The position numbers and the translations under genes were made by a program. DNA of 58,915 nucleotides from Thraustochytrium aureum (lineage: Eukaryota): positions 1-58,915 of the forward strand of contig BLSG01000330.1 of the NCBI GenBank assembly GCA_012862495.1, given 5' to 3'. The notes beneath the pieces are model-generated. The model was not told the DNA's origin. It did not search any database and was given only the letters and a program-made list of their open reading frames with translations. Every line of letters starts with the position of its first letter. Position 1 is the stretch's first letter. Below, in pieces: positions 35,735-48,098 of the stretch.

Positions 35735-37914
35735 CTAGGCACTGGCCTTTGGCCCCCTTTTGGCCATCAGTTTGCTGGAGAAGGCGCGCACAATGCTGAT
35801 AACCGAGAGCGAGGAAACGTCTGTCTTCTTGCGCGACTCTCGCGTGCTTAAATCTTGCGCAGCCTTCGCTCGCGCTTCAAGCTCCTCGAGGGCCTCTTGC
35901 TTCTCCAAACGCAGGATCTGAAGCTTTTTCAGGTTCCGGAGGTCTTGCGCCAGCTTAGTCTTCTTGAAGCGGGAAAAGTTGTCTCGCTCCAACTGCTTGA
36001 AAATCTCGCGGTGGGCCTCCGAGTACAAGTCTTGGTAAAATGAAATGCCATCATGGTCCAGCAGCGTGCGCCGTTCGGTGTCAGAGATGTTGACCTGGAA
36101 AGCGGCATTCTCGTGCACAAACTTGCGAATGATCTCCCAGTGCAACTGCGAAGTCAGTCGCCACCTCTCTTCGTACTGCTCCGCTTGCTCGAGAAATAAA
36201 AGGGACTCAACAGCGAATTCGGAGGTGAGAAACACCTTGAAGAACTGCAAGGCTTGCTTGTCCCCCCAAAACTCCTCGAACGAGTTAAAGATGGTGACTC
36301 GCTCGTCAGGAATCGCGTCGGCCTCGGCCATTTCAGAGTCTTTCTGGCCGTGCAAAACACTGTCTTCGTCAGCGCCAAGGATGCCGTCAAAGGCGGGGTG
36401 CACAGACGCAGGAGCGTTGCTCTGGTCGCGAATCCCGACGTCCTTGGTATCGACGTTGAAGAACGTCACGAGCTGGTTGACGATCGAGTCAATAAAGTTG
36501 CCTTCGAGCAAAGCGCTTTCGTCATCGACTTCGTCTTGATCGTTGGTGAGCAAAAACAGCGTGCTGGCGAGCTTGCGAATCACTTTGGTCGTTTTGATGA
36601 CGGGCCGCACCACGTTCTTGTGCACGTCCTTGTTGAATAAATAAGCCGAAAGCGCGAGCAATACCGTCAGGGTGAGCGTCAATATGATGTTCAGCTTGGC
36701 CTGCTCCTGCTCACGCGCTGATATGTTCAAAAGCGCAAAGCTGAGCTCTGAACTGCTCGAAGTCAAGACCAGCATACTGTCCCGTACCTCGCTGTAATCC
36801 TTGGTCGATAATGTCGCATTGAACACGGATAGAAATAGGAGCGTCGGCTGGCTCTCGAGGTACTCATTCGTGGCCGCCACAAACGACTCTGACCCAGGGT
36901 CAACGAGGTGCAGGCGCTCCAACATCTCCAGACCTAGCTTTGGAGCAGAGTCCTGGTCGTCCACTTCGAGGTAGGGCACCACAAGAAGCAAGATGATCGT
37001 TCCAACGATCACCCGTTTGCCGAGAAGGTCTGCCAGCCGCACGCCGAGCTTGTTCGGCGCTTGCTTTGCCACGTCGTTGTACTTTTCCAAGTACGATTGT
37101 TTGAGCCGCTTGCGCACGAACCGCAAAAGTCGGAACATTCTGATCACGCGGGCGAACCGCACGAATTTTAGCAGTCGAAATGCGCGCGTGGTCCGTGTTC
37201 CAGTTCGAACGAGCCGACCAGTTCGCAAGATTGCCAAATTGCTTTGATCAACGTCGTCGTCACTGACAAACAGTGCTTTCCAGAGAAAGCCGATGTCCAG
37301 GATCAGGCTGAGCATCGCAATCAGGTCAAGCCAGAAGTAGAAGCCAAACCTGTAGCCGGGCTTGTAGACGGACGCTAGGACGAGTTCGCCAAAGAACAAG
37401 AGCAGGGTGACGAACAGTATGCCATGCAGCGCTTCGTCTGCCTCCCTTGGCATCGCTATGATCCAAACGTCAGGTCCAAAGAGAGCAAAGACAGTGCCTA
37501 TCGACAGAAGCGCCTGCACGAATTTGCTGTCGAGCAAACGAATAACCGCAGCTGCCCGGGGCGAGAGGGCTTGGACATTCGCAGGCGCAAGCGGGCGCTG
37601 CCTCAAAACTGCCTCAGTGGCTGTTGAATCAAACACCGAGTTCGGGTGGTACACCGACTTGCTGGCCTCGTCGATCTGCGAGAACGGGGCGAGCACCGCC
37701 TTCTTGCTGGGCGAGGCCAGGGGGATCCTATCCCGCTCATCCGTGAGGTCCTCTTCAGCCGCGATCAAGTTGACCGTTTGCCGGATCTGATTAGAAATCT
37801 CTGCTTTTGCCGTGGTTTTCTGTGCCGTGCTGGCGCGTCAGCCAGGCTGCCCATGCTCACGTGCCTCGTTTTTGGCCGCCCACCGTGACTTACCTTTGTG
37901 AGCGGCAGCGCCAT
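35735..37914 (-). CDS. Voltage-sensor-like multi-TM protein fused to a C-terminal RGS domain; exons 37914-37894 and 37786-35735
   Basis: Intron GTAAGT...CTAATCAG (37893-37787) gives MALPLTK|IRQTVN. FYFWLDLIAMLSL; S4-like RTGRLVRTGTRTTRAFRLLKFVRFARVIR; RGS motifs FKVFLTSEFAVESLLF, FVHENAAFQVNIS, LERDNFSRFKKT. Confidence 0.85.
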
Positions 37915-38791
37915 CCTGGCCGCACCGATCTAGCTGGCCACCCCGCGCCTGCCAGCACCTAAAAGCCTTCTTCTTCTCTGCCCCGACGGCGCCGTACTCT
38001 GCGCGCCCGCGCGGCGGCACACTGCGGTCAACGAAAGGCACGGCGCAGGCGCCTGACTCGACAACAGGGTGGTGAGCAGGCCACGCCCAGTGCTGCTCTG
38101 AACCAATCCCTGTTGGCCGTAGCGGCAGGCAAGTCTCGCCTGCGTCTGGCAGCCTCGATGCGCTCGCGCCCGGACCCCGTGAACCGCGACCGAGCGATGG
38201 TCTGCCACATCCAGTCGGCGTCCAACAAGACGACCTGCACTTTCAGCACCTATTCTGCAATTGAAAAGAGCCGTTGTCGCGCTATCCGTTGCGAGCTCCA
38301 TGGCGATGCAACCCTGACCGGCGGCCAACCACTCTATCGATCGACGGATCGATGGATCGATCGAGCAAGAGACTACGGCGGCTTCTGAGGGATGGGACGA
38401 GGTTCTCTGCCGACGATCACGAGTCGCACGAACTGCGAGGAGAGCGGCGACGTCGAACGAGTGGTTTGCGGTTGATGGCAAAGCAAAAGCACGCGCGCAA
38501 GTCCGTCCAACTTGCTTTTTGTTTTCGTTGATTTCAATTGAGTTTGTCCACCTCAACAGAATAGGGGCCACCAAAGGCGCAGCGCACGTGAGGAGGGCGC
38601 GATCTTCAGAGGCTCAAGTGGAGCGGCCGTTCGCCCGTGAGACGCACTCCGAGTTGGACCGACTGGGCGGACCGAATCTGGTCAACGAGGCCAACAAACA
38701 GCGTTTCGAGTTTATTCACGAGTTCATGAACTGCAATCTCTAGAGCTAGGCCTATAGGATGGAGATCTGTAAAGCACGACTCGTCGGTGTG

Positions 38792-40738
38792 CTAGCCCGA
38801 AAACTTGCGGCCAATCTTGCTCCTGTAAAGGTTGCTCGAGTCGAATCGGGCGAGGGCGACGCCAAAGGCCTCGAACGGGGAAAAGGGAAAGCGGGCAACA
38901 ACGAAGAACCGCTCTTTGCCGATCCGGGCGAGACCCATCTCGGGACGCGAATCGGCGCTCACGGGTTGGCGCGCCAACTCAAAGTTCTTGACGCTCGGCG
39001 CAACAGGGAAACGGCTCTCGTCGCTCATCGCTGGGCGCTTCTTGCTGCCGATCGGGATGTGGCGGACGTGCAGGAGCGCTGCATCTGCGGCTGCCAGAAA
39101 GGGGTGGTCTTTCACCTCATCGACCCCTTCTGCAAGGCGCTCTGTGATGCTATAGTAGTGGCACTGCGCGATTCCGTTCAGCTGCGGCGCGTCAGAGTCC
39201 GAGCTCGAAATATCGTTGGAGCTGTCTTCGCCTTCGTCAACCTTTCCGATTCTCGGCAGGGCCACAGCCATGCGCAAGTCGAGAGAATTTCGCTTGCTGC
39301 CAGAGAATATCACCGAAGCGAGCTGCTTTCGCGCGTAGCCGATGGGAGGCTCGCGCGAGCTCACTCTCTTGGGGTTGTACCCGTCGTCGTAGAGCACGTA
39401 CTGGAGAGGCCCGGCGATCCCAAGCGCGTCAAACCCCGACGCAACCTGCAGCTTGCCAAAGTACCGCTCAGACCGGCCGCTGCATCTCTTGCGAAAGTCG
39501 ACCGGCTCCAAAGAGATCACGTATGTGGGTTTCAGGAGAAAGCCTGAGCGGCTCTTGGCAATCATAAGCGTCATGCGCTTGTCTCGGAGGCCGTCGCGCC
39601 GCTCAACAGGCAAGATAAACGAGTAGTATACCATGCCAGAGTTGTCATAGTGCCGGTCAATTTGGCACTTGAGCGTCGCGCCCTTCGGCACTGCGCTGTA
39701 TAGGAGTTTGCGGAGCTTGATGATACGATCGGCCATGTCGAGCTCCTGGTTTTGCACGGCGCCAAACTCGTCTACGTAGTTCTGAGAGAGTGTCTCCTCG
39801 TCGAGCTCCTCCTCCTCCTCCTCCTCCTCGTCGTCGTCGTTGTCCGCCAATGCGTCGTCTACGTACTGATTGTGCCCTCGCACAGCATCCTGGCCCTTTT
39901 GCTCCTCGTCGTAGTTGTCGGGGTCAAGGTCCTCCTCCACAAGATCATCCTCATCCAAGCGTCGCGTTTCTGCGCCTTTCTTCTGCAAGCCTTCCTTTCG
40001 TGGCTCAAACGCGCGAGGGGACGGCGCCTTCGTCCCGGAGCGTTTGCCTTTCTGCCTTTGCCTTGCAGTGTCCTCGCGCTCCTCCCAAGACTTGGCTTCG
40101 TTATCTTCTGCTTCGTCTTCGCTGCACATAATCTCGCGGAGCTTGGAGCTTGCCATATGACGTGCAGCAAATCCCATATCTTCGTCGCCGTCAAGGGCCT
40201 TGGTGGACCGCTGCGCATCTGTTCCGCTCTTGCCATCTCCTTTGTGGTCCTCATTCCACTCGGAAGACTGTCCCTCCTCGTTCGCATCATCCTTCGCCTT
40301 GGGCCGCTTGACCACTTTCTTCTTTTTGATCACGACAACTTTCTTTTTCTTGGCCTTCTTTTCGGTTTGCAGCTCTGCGTCATTGCTTGGGCCCTCGGCG
40401 CTTGGCTTGGCTTCTTCGCCGGCGGCAGCATCTCCGTCTTGATTCCTTGGCACTTTGCGCCGCTTGACCACAACGACCTTCTTCTTCTTCTTCTTCTTTG
40501 GAGCATCCTCGCCTGCTCCATCTTTCTCCTCGCGGTCCTCGATCTTGGTGTTTGCTTCAGCGACCTCTGGGTCTCCACCCTCTGCGTCGGCGCCCTTGGG
40601 TGCCTTGCGCACCTTCTTCTTCACGACCACCTTCTTGACCACGACCACCTTCTTCGTCTTCTTCGCCGCCGTCGCCCGAAGCGGCTCGTCGGCGCCAAGT
40701 GCAGATGAGCTGACGTCGCCTCGCACCTCTTGCGCCAT
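38792..40738 (-). CDS. Tubby-like protein with a long K/E/D-rich N-terminus
   Basis: C-terminal Tub motifs KCQIDR, YVISL, YFGKL, YVLYDDG, PSVKNFEL, FPFSPFEAFGVALARFD. Confidence 0.82.
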   Translation of the reverse strand: MAQEVRGDVSSSALGADEPLRATAAKKTKKVVVVKKVVVKKKVRKAPKGADAEGGDPEVAEANTKIEDREEKDGAGEDAPKKKKKKKVVVVKRRKVPRNQDGDAAAGEEAKPSAEGPSNDAELQTEKKAKKKKVVVIKKKKVVKRPKAKDDANEEGQSSEWNEDHKGDGKSGTDAQRSTKALDGDEDMGFAARHMASSKLREIMCSEDEAEDNEAKSWEEREDTARQRQKGKRSGTKAPSPRAFEPRKEGLQKKGAETRRLDEDDLVEEDLDPDNYDEEQKGQDAVRGHNQYVDDALADNDDDEEEEEEEELDEETLSQNYVDEFGAVQNQELDMADRIIKLRKLLYSAVPKGATLKCQIDRHYDNSGMVYYSFILPVERRDGLRDKRMTLMIAKSRSGFLLKPTYVISLEPVDFRKRCSGRSERYFGKLQVASGFDALGIAGPLQYVLYDDGYNPKRVSSREPPIGYARKQLASVIFSGSKRNSLDLRMAVALPRIGKVDEGEDSSNDISSSDSDAPQLNGIAQCHYYSITERLAEGVDEVKDHPFLAAADAALLHVRHIPIGSKKRPAMSDESRFPVAPSVKNFELARQPVSADSRPEMGLARIGKERFFVVARFPFSPFEAFGVALARFDSSNLYRSKIGRKFSG

Positions 40739-41671
40739 CTTGGGCGGTCGCGATGCGGTAGTAGCGTGCGTCAGGGGGCGCGATTGATTTNNNNNNNNNN
40801 NNNNNNNNNNNNNNNNNNNNNNNNNNNNNNNNNNNNNNNNNNNNNNNNNNNNNNNNNNNNNNNNNNNNNNNNNNNNNNNNNNNNNNNNNNNNNNNNNNNN
40901 NNNNNNNNNNNNNNNNNNNNNNNNNNNNNNNNNNNNNNNNNNNNNNNNNNNNNNNNNNNNNNNNNNNNNNNNNNNNNNNNNNNNNNNNNNNNNNNNNNNN
41001 NNNNNNNNNNNNNNNNNNNNNNNNNNNNNNNNNNNNNNNNNNNNNNNNNNNNNNNNNNNNNNNNNNNNNNNNNNNNNNNNNNNNNNNNNNNNNNNNNNNN
41101 NNNNNNNNNNNNNNNNNNNNNNNNNNNNNNNNNNNNNNNNNNNNNNNNNNNNNNNNNNNNNNNNNNNNNNNNNNNNNNNNNNNNNNNNNNNNNNNNNNNN
41201 NNNNNNNNNNNNNNNNNNNNNNNNNNNNNNNNNNNNNNNCTATTTAACGTGGTATAATTTACTTGAATATCAATTGTTTGACCTCGGTTTAGCTTTTGAA
41301 TATCAAGACTTGACGCGGACAGTTCACTAACTCCAGAAAACGGATACAAACTGGCGTAACGCGGGGGAAGGAGCAGGTGGGGTTTTCGTGCGCAGGCTTG
41401 GCTGGTTAGCCGCCTCTTTTTGCGGGCGATCGGCGGCCGTGTGGGTGTTTTCTGCCGTCTGTGGTTTTTTGAATTGATTGAAAAAACAGGTTGGCCAGAA
41501 CAGAAGCCCAACTGAGCCGAGCGCGCCGCGGCGTCGCGGGGCCTGCAGGCTGCGGCCAGCTCGCAAAGTCCACGTGCGCGGCGTACTGTTTGTCCGGCTT
41601 GTCTCTCTCTCGCTATTTATGTTGGCGGCCCGGGCGCGCTGGGTTGTTGATTCGGTGCTGGTTTGCGCGCG

Positions 41672-43223
41672 ATGGACGCCAACTCGCCCTGGACCTTCGC
41701 GCCGGAATGGCTCGTCGCAAGCGAGGCGGGCGCTGACGGGGTGGCCGACGAACTCTCCACTTGCCCGTCGTGGATGACGATTGACAACGGGACCGCGGTG
41801 CCCCCCGGCGCGTCGTCTGGCAAGGCGTCGAGGCTGAACAGGACGTTCAGGGCGCTCGCGCAAGTGGGGACGCCGCCCAGCAGCAAGCGCGATGCGGGCG
41901 CAGGGACCAAAGGCGCTGATGAAAGTCCAGAGTCTGGCATGCTAGGCACGGATGGCGCCCGGCGGGCGTGAGTGAGCTGGCCTCGCAAGCGAGTCTTCTC
42001 CAAGCGGACCTGGACCAGCGCGACGCGGTCGCCCTGCACCTGAAAAACCAAAACATGATGCTGCGCAGCGAGCTGGACGCGTGCCGGGGGCGCGTCGCAG
42101 AGCTCAGTAATGAGCTGCGCGACGTCCACGACCACGTCCACTTCTTGCGCCACATCACGGCGCCGACGCCAGACGCCGGCGCGCTCGACGCGTCGCTGGC
42201 AATGCTCCGGGGCCACGAGCTCCAGCAGGCGAGGCAAAAGGAGCACGAGGCCCGCATCGCGCTCAGTACCTCGGAGAGCGCTCGCGAGCAGCTCCGCACT
42301 GACCTGGAGAGCGAACGCAGAGCGCACGAGGCCTCGCGCCGCGCCCTGCAAGAGCAAGTCGAGCGCCTCCACCTGCAGTTGGCGCAAATCGGCGCTCTGC
42401 ACTCGGCTCGCACGACAAAGGCACAAGCTGTAGACGAGCGCTACCAAGAGCAGCTCGAGCACCATCAACGCCAAGTGCGAGAGCTCGAGGAGCAAGCGGC
42501 GCTCCGGCTCGAGCGCGCGGTGGAGGCGGCCGTGCACCAGGCTCGCGCAGAAGCGACAGCCAGCTCGACCACCTTCGCGCCGATATGCGCCGCCTGGAAG
42601 AAGAGCGAAACGCGCTCGCGGAGTCGGTCCGGGCCCTCGGTGAGAGGGCTACCGAGCAGGAGCTCTCGGCGCAGCTCGCCTGGGCCGAGATTCGCGGCAG
42701 AGACCTTGACGGGGCGTCAAGGGCCCAAGACCCTGCAGTAGAGGAGCGGCTCGCTGCGGCCCTCGATGAGCAGCAAGCACGATTACGCGCCGCCTTTGGC
42801 AAGGAGCGCATGCAGCTGCTGCGCGAGATGGGTCAGCTGGAGGCCCAGCTTTCGCGCGAGAACCACCGAGCGCCAGAACGCCGCGAGGCGGGCACAAACA
42901 CCGAGGACGACGCAATCGTCGCCCGTCTCGGCGCTTATCACGCGCAGCTCAGACGGGCCACGGACGAGCTCAAGCTAGCTGCCAGGGACAATTGCTTCCT
43001 CCAATTCAAACACGCAGGCGCAAACGCGGCCAGGGCTGCGCTGGAGCGCCGCGTCGAGCGGCTCGAGCGAGCGCTCGAGTCGCTCTCCCGAGAGAAACAT
43101 GCAGCTGCCGATGCCGCCGTCAAGAGCCTAGGGAAGTCCCAAGAGCAGCTCAGTGCTCTGGCGGAAGCCTGGGAGAGTCAAGCAATTGAGCTCGAAGCCC
43201 TCCTCTTCCTGCGCGAGCACCTC
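41672..43223 (+). CDS. Hypothetical coiled-coil protein (frame breaks ~41960, ~42560; 3' end in gap)
   Basis: Consecutive overlapping ORFs rich in E/R/L/A/Q heptads. Confidence 0.55.
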
Positions 43224-44617
43224 TTNNNNNNNNNNNNNNNNNNNNNNNNNNNNNNNNNNNNNNNNNNNNNNNNNNNNNNNNNNNNNNNNNNNNNNNNNNN
43301 NNNNNNNNNNNNNNNNNNNNNNNNNNNNNNNNNNNNNNNNNNNNNNNNNNNNNNNNNNNNNNNNNNNNNNNNNNNNNNNNNNNNNNNNNNNNNNNNNNNN
43401 NNNNNNNNNNNNNNNNNNNNNNNNNNNNNNNNNNNNNNNNNNNNNNNNNNNNNNNNNNNNNNNNNNNNNNNNNNNNNNNNNNNNNNNNNNNNNNNNNNNN
43501 NNNNNNNNNNNNNNNNNNNNNNNNNNNNNNNNNNNNNNNNNNNNNNNNNNNNNNNNNNNNNNNNNNNNNNNNNNNNNNNNNNNNNNNNNNNNNNNNNNNN
43601 NNNNNNNNNNNNNNNNNNNNNNNNNNNNNNNNNNNNNNNNNNNNNNNNNNNNNNNNNNNNNNNNNNNNNNNNNNNNNNNNNNNNNNNNNNNNNNNNNNNN
43701 NNNNNNNNNNNNNNNNNNNNNNNNNNNNNNNNNNNNNNNNNNNNNNNNNNNNNNNNNNNNNNNNNNNNNNNNNNNNNNNNNNNNNNNNNNNNNNNNNNNN
43801 NNNNNNNNNNNNNNNNNNNNNNNNNNNNNNNNNNNNNNNNNNNNNNNNNNNNNNNNNNNNNNNNNNNNNNNNNNNNNNNNNNNNNNNNNNNNNNNNNNNN
43901 NNNNNNNNNNNNTGTTGGCTGGTCTGTCGAAAAGTCCCTCGCGCGTTGGCAGCAGCGCCGCCGCCCCAGAGTCGTCGGACTCGCCGGCTCTACGCTCCAC
44001 CCCCGGCGTGGCCGCACGACTAGTCGCGTCGCGGCGCGAGTTGGCCAATCATCGACCGCGCTCACCAAAATCCGACAACCTGAGGCAGTAGCAACAGTGT
44101 GATGTACATAGGGAGCCGCTCCCGCAAAGGAAAAGCAATCGCATGAAGCATCGGGCTCGGACGGCAAACCGCAATTCTTACCAATAGACTACTTGCTGTG
44201 CCCGCAAACCTCTTGCGTGCCCAAGCCGCGTGCCGGCACACGCAGCCCTTCCACGTACACGTCGGTCGCACAAAACCACGCAAGGCATCGGACGGAGAAC
44301 TCCACTCGGGTTTCTGACCGTTGAACGGGTCCAACTCGAACATGGCAGACTCCGATCGATCGATCGATCGATCGATCGACGATCGAGCGCCAGCAGCGCC
44401 GGCCGCGGAGCTTGACAGAGCTGCGAAGGCCTGCGTTTTGGGGCGTGGAAAAAGCCGGCTTTGGCAGCGCTTTGGCGTTCATCTGCGGCCGCAGCGCCCA
44501 GGTTGAAGCCGTCCCGGGCTTGACGCCGATCGAGCTCTGCCACTGGCCAGCGTCACTTGGCGGCTGGAGAGGCCACCGGTGACGAACCAGCTTTTGGCTG
44601 GGCGGGTGCTTTGTGGA

Positions 44618-47059
44618 ATGGCTTCCGCGGCCGGTGGGTATGCGGCGATTGCTCAGCATGCCAAGTCCATCGCTGCGACACGAAATCACGCGGAAGGGAG
44701 CGAGGCACGCGGCTACGCGGCGACCGCTGGCGGTTATGCTTGCAGCACTGCCGGCCTGGCGTGCAAGTTGAGGCGGAAGCCCAGCGCGAGCGAAGAGCCC
44801 CAGACGCCGCAGCCGGGCTCGGCAGCACCTGGCGACCCTCCTGAGGCAGGTGCGGATCAAGTGAAAGCCGCTGAGGAAAGGGGGCCAAAGAGTGATGAGG
44901 TCGACGAGATTAAGAAAAGGATCGAGCACGAGCGCAAGATCAGGCTAGAGACGCTCAAACGCCGCAATAAGCAGCAGCAGCGGCAGGAAGCGCTGCGACG
45001 GATGGAGGAGAAGGAGCGCGAGCGAAAGCTCCAAGAGCGGCGGCTCCGAACTCGCGAGGCCACCTCGCACATAAAAACTGGCGCCGCTCCAATACAAGCA
45101 ACTGGAGTCGAGCGGCATCGTCCAAAGCAGGCAAGGCATCGCTCCACCGCTCGCGCCTCGGACGAGACACAGTCGTACGTGATCGATCGACCGTGCGCCT
45201 CTGTGAGCGGTCGGACGCTCTTTTCAGCCAACCCTGAGACCATGTCATTTGCAGATGGAGCTGCGCAGTTTTTCCAGGAAGCAATGAGCCTACACGAGTT
45301 CTTGTCCGGCGTGGACTCGCCACCGGTGCAACCAAGTACGCCAGGCGAACAGCCTGGGTTCAAGGACTGGGCGTCCACTGGGCTAAACCCGCTTCGAGAG
45401 GAGCTCGAACCCATGAGGCAAAGCACGTTTCCGACCCCTTGCGACCCGGCGTGGACCGCCCAGAGCGCAACAACAAGCGTGGCAAACCACGATGCAAGCT
45501 TGGAAGACTCTCTCGAGACGCCAAGCCCGCGCTTTGCGCCCATCAACTCGCAGCAAGGGAGCCGCGACGGCATGGCACGCAGCTCCGACGGCGCCGCTCG
45601 AGTGCAGGGAGCAATCCAAGGCAGCGCTCCAGGGGAACCGATCAACTTCACGCAACAACCTTTCCACAGCGGTGAGTTCGTACAGCACCTCCAGCGACAG
45701 CAATACCAGCACACGCAGCGCACACAGCAAGCGCATCCAAGCAGCCAAGACCAAGAAGATGCGGGGTTAAAGCAATCTCGGGTCGAGCAGGAGCGCGGGA
45801 GACCGACCAAGCCGCAAAGCCGGCTCAGCGGGATCCCACGGCCGACTCGCCGCAAGAGCCTCCCTGCAGACGAACCGAAGCCGCGATGGGGCGGCGGGAA
45901 CGAAACCGAAAAGCAACGCCAGCGACGTCTCGTGACAGAGAGGCGTAAAGAGTACGCCAAGAAGGCCGCGGAGGCTGCTCAACCATCGTCAGGAGCCAAG
46001 GCGGCGCCAAAGCAACGGGGACAAAACCGCCGACGATTCGCCCGTGGACACCAGCGCACTAAACTACACCTTCAAGGAGCAAGAGATGAAACGCGAGCTC
46101 GAGCGTCTCTCGGAGGAGTTGGAGCGCAAAAAGTGTGTTGCTTTGAAAAAGGCGGCCAGAGTGGTGGGCAAACCGAGTGGTGACTCTGCTGAAGGTCTCC
46201 AAAAGCGTTGCGCTTCAAACGCGCAAGCCGTAATTCCTGGTGGCATGGAGAGTCGCAAAACCGAGCTTGCTCAGCATGAAGAGCAGCGCGTCGAGTCGCG
46301 CACCCCGGGTTCACGGTGTAGCTTGCCGCCAATCTCCTACCAGCCAGTTGGCGTGGGAAGTTATGTACCACTTCGTCCCCCATCGTCGCAAGGCGGCGCA
46401 AGACAGGTCCCACTCATGCACAATCCGGGGCAAAACGGCCCGCCCAACCAGCCGTGGGCAGAGCAACCAAAGCACAACGCTGCGCGAGGCCCCATTCACT
46501 ATTCCGCTTACCAGGGCATGCCACCGACCCAATGGGGGCAACCTGGCCACCAATTTGGCCCTGACAGCAACCGGGTGTACAACTTGGCGCTGCACGGCCC
46601 CCCGCCTCCGCAAAGCGCTTTTGCAGGCCAACCAACGGAGTTCTATGGTGTGCAGCAAGCTCAGCACTTGGTTTCTCACCAGCCACAAGTCCCGCACCAG
46701 CAGTACCAGCAACAGCATTGGAACTCCGCGATGGCCCACCAACAAGCCCCTCCAAGCGAATGCGGCTCAACTTTATTGGCTCAGCGGCCTGTGCAGACGC
46801 CCCCGTCTTCAGCAATGCGGCGAGTGGGTTTACTGGGAGCGCACGACCCGGCGATGCGGAGAACGCCTTTGATTTCGGCAACCAGGCTGGGTTTGGCCAT
46901 GATTTTGGCGGCCATGTTTCGAGCAAGAGCCAGCCGAGGCCTCGCCCAACGCAAAACTCGTCGAATATCCGCGTTCGGCATGCGAGTACCGGTGTGACAA
47001 ACTGCGACCAGGACGGGGGCACGATTCAGGTCCACAACGCCGCACTCTTTACGAACTAG
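44618..47059 (+). CDS. Hypothetical low-complexity/coiled-coil protein (probable frameshifts ~46020, ~46750)
   Basis: Long ORFs 44579-46183, 46044-46997 and 46718-47059 with charged coils and Q/P-rich segments; no recognisable domain. Confidence 0.5.
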
Positions 47060-47122
47060 TTCGTGCCGCGCTTTCTCAATCGCTTTGTTTCTTTACTTAG
47101 ACTACTCAAATGTACCCACTAC

Positions 47123-48098
47123 TCAGCGCGCGGCCCGCTCTGCGCGCAGCAGCGCGGCGCGCTCTCGAGCTAGCTGCTTTTTCACGGCGTACTTTTGGGC
47201 GCTGCTCAGGGAAAAGTCGTTCTCCAACTTTTCTTGCAGTGCTGCCACAGCCGCCTTCATTGCCGAGACGTCGGCGTCAGGCGCCTGTTGCGGCGCGACG
47301 CCCTCTGCATTTCGAACTTGCGCATGGTTTTCCTGCCCCAGACGCTCGGTTCGTCGATCGAGCCGTGCCTCCCCATGCTCTGGCCAATCGTTCTCGGCAC
47401 TTGGCGGCTTCGCGCTTGGACCGGGAGCCGCCGCCACCACCGATTCGCGTGACTGCCCGCTCGCAGCACCAGAATCCGGCGCGCACCGGTCGGAGAGGTA
47501 TGCGAGGACAGCAGCACTTCCTTCGGCAACGATGTGCGGCCGGACCGCGCGCTGCGGGTTGCCAGCAATTAGCAAGGTCCGGAGAGCAGGGCAGCGCGAG
47601 ACCTCCGGCGGCACCCTTGTGATGGCGTTGTTCTCAACATTGACGTACTCGACTCGTCCGAGCTCAAGCACGCACGCCGGAAAGGCAGAGAGGCCACAGT
47701 TCGAAAGGTCGAGCAACTTTAGCTGCTCCAAGTGTCCGAGCTGCGGGTCGTCGTCCGGGATCCTGTTGCAGCCAAGGAGGAGCTCGGTGAGGCGCGGGAA
47801 CGCTTGACTCAGAAACCGCGGAACGCCGCGAAGCGCGTTCTGCCGCAAGTCGAGGTGCTTGAGATCTGCCGGGAGCCGCGCAACGCCCCTGCACTCGACA
47901 AGGTCGTCCACAAAGCTCGTGAGGCGGTTGTTGCGCAGTACTAGGCGCTCGAGCCCCGGCAGGCAGTCAAGGTCCATGCAGCTGAGCGACCCGATTGCAT
48001 TCCCCTCGAGGTCGAGCGAGCGCAGGCTCCGGAGCCCTTGGCCAGGCTCAAGCATGAGCGGTGGAGGGAGGCTCGGCCTGCCGCTGTGTGCCAAGTCG
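47123..48098 (-). CDS. Leucine-rich repeat protein, LRRC40-like (5' part in gap)
   Basis: LRRs LRSLDLEGNAI, LERLVLRNNRL, LKHLDLRQNAL, LKLLDLSNCGL; cap LLIAGNPQRAVRPHIVAEGSAAVLAYLSDR. Confidence 0.82.
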
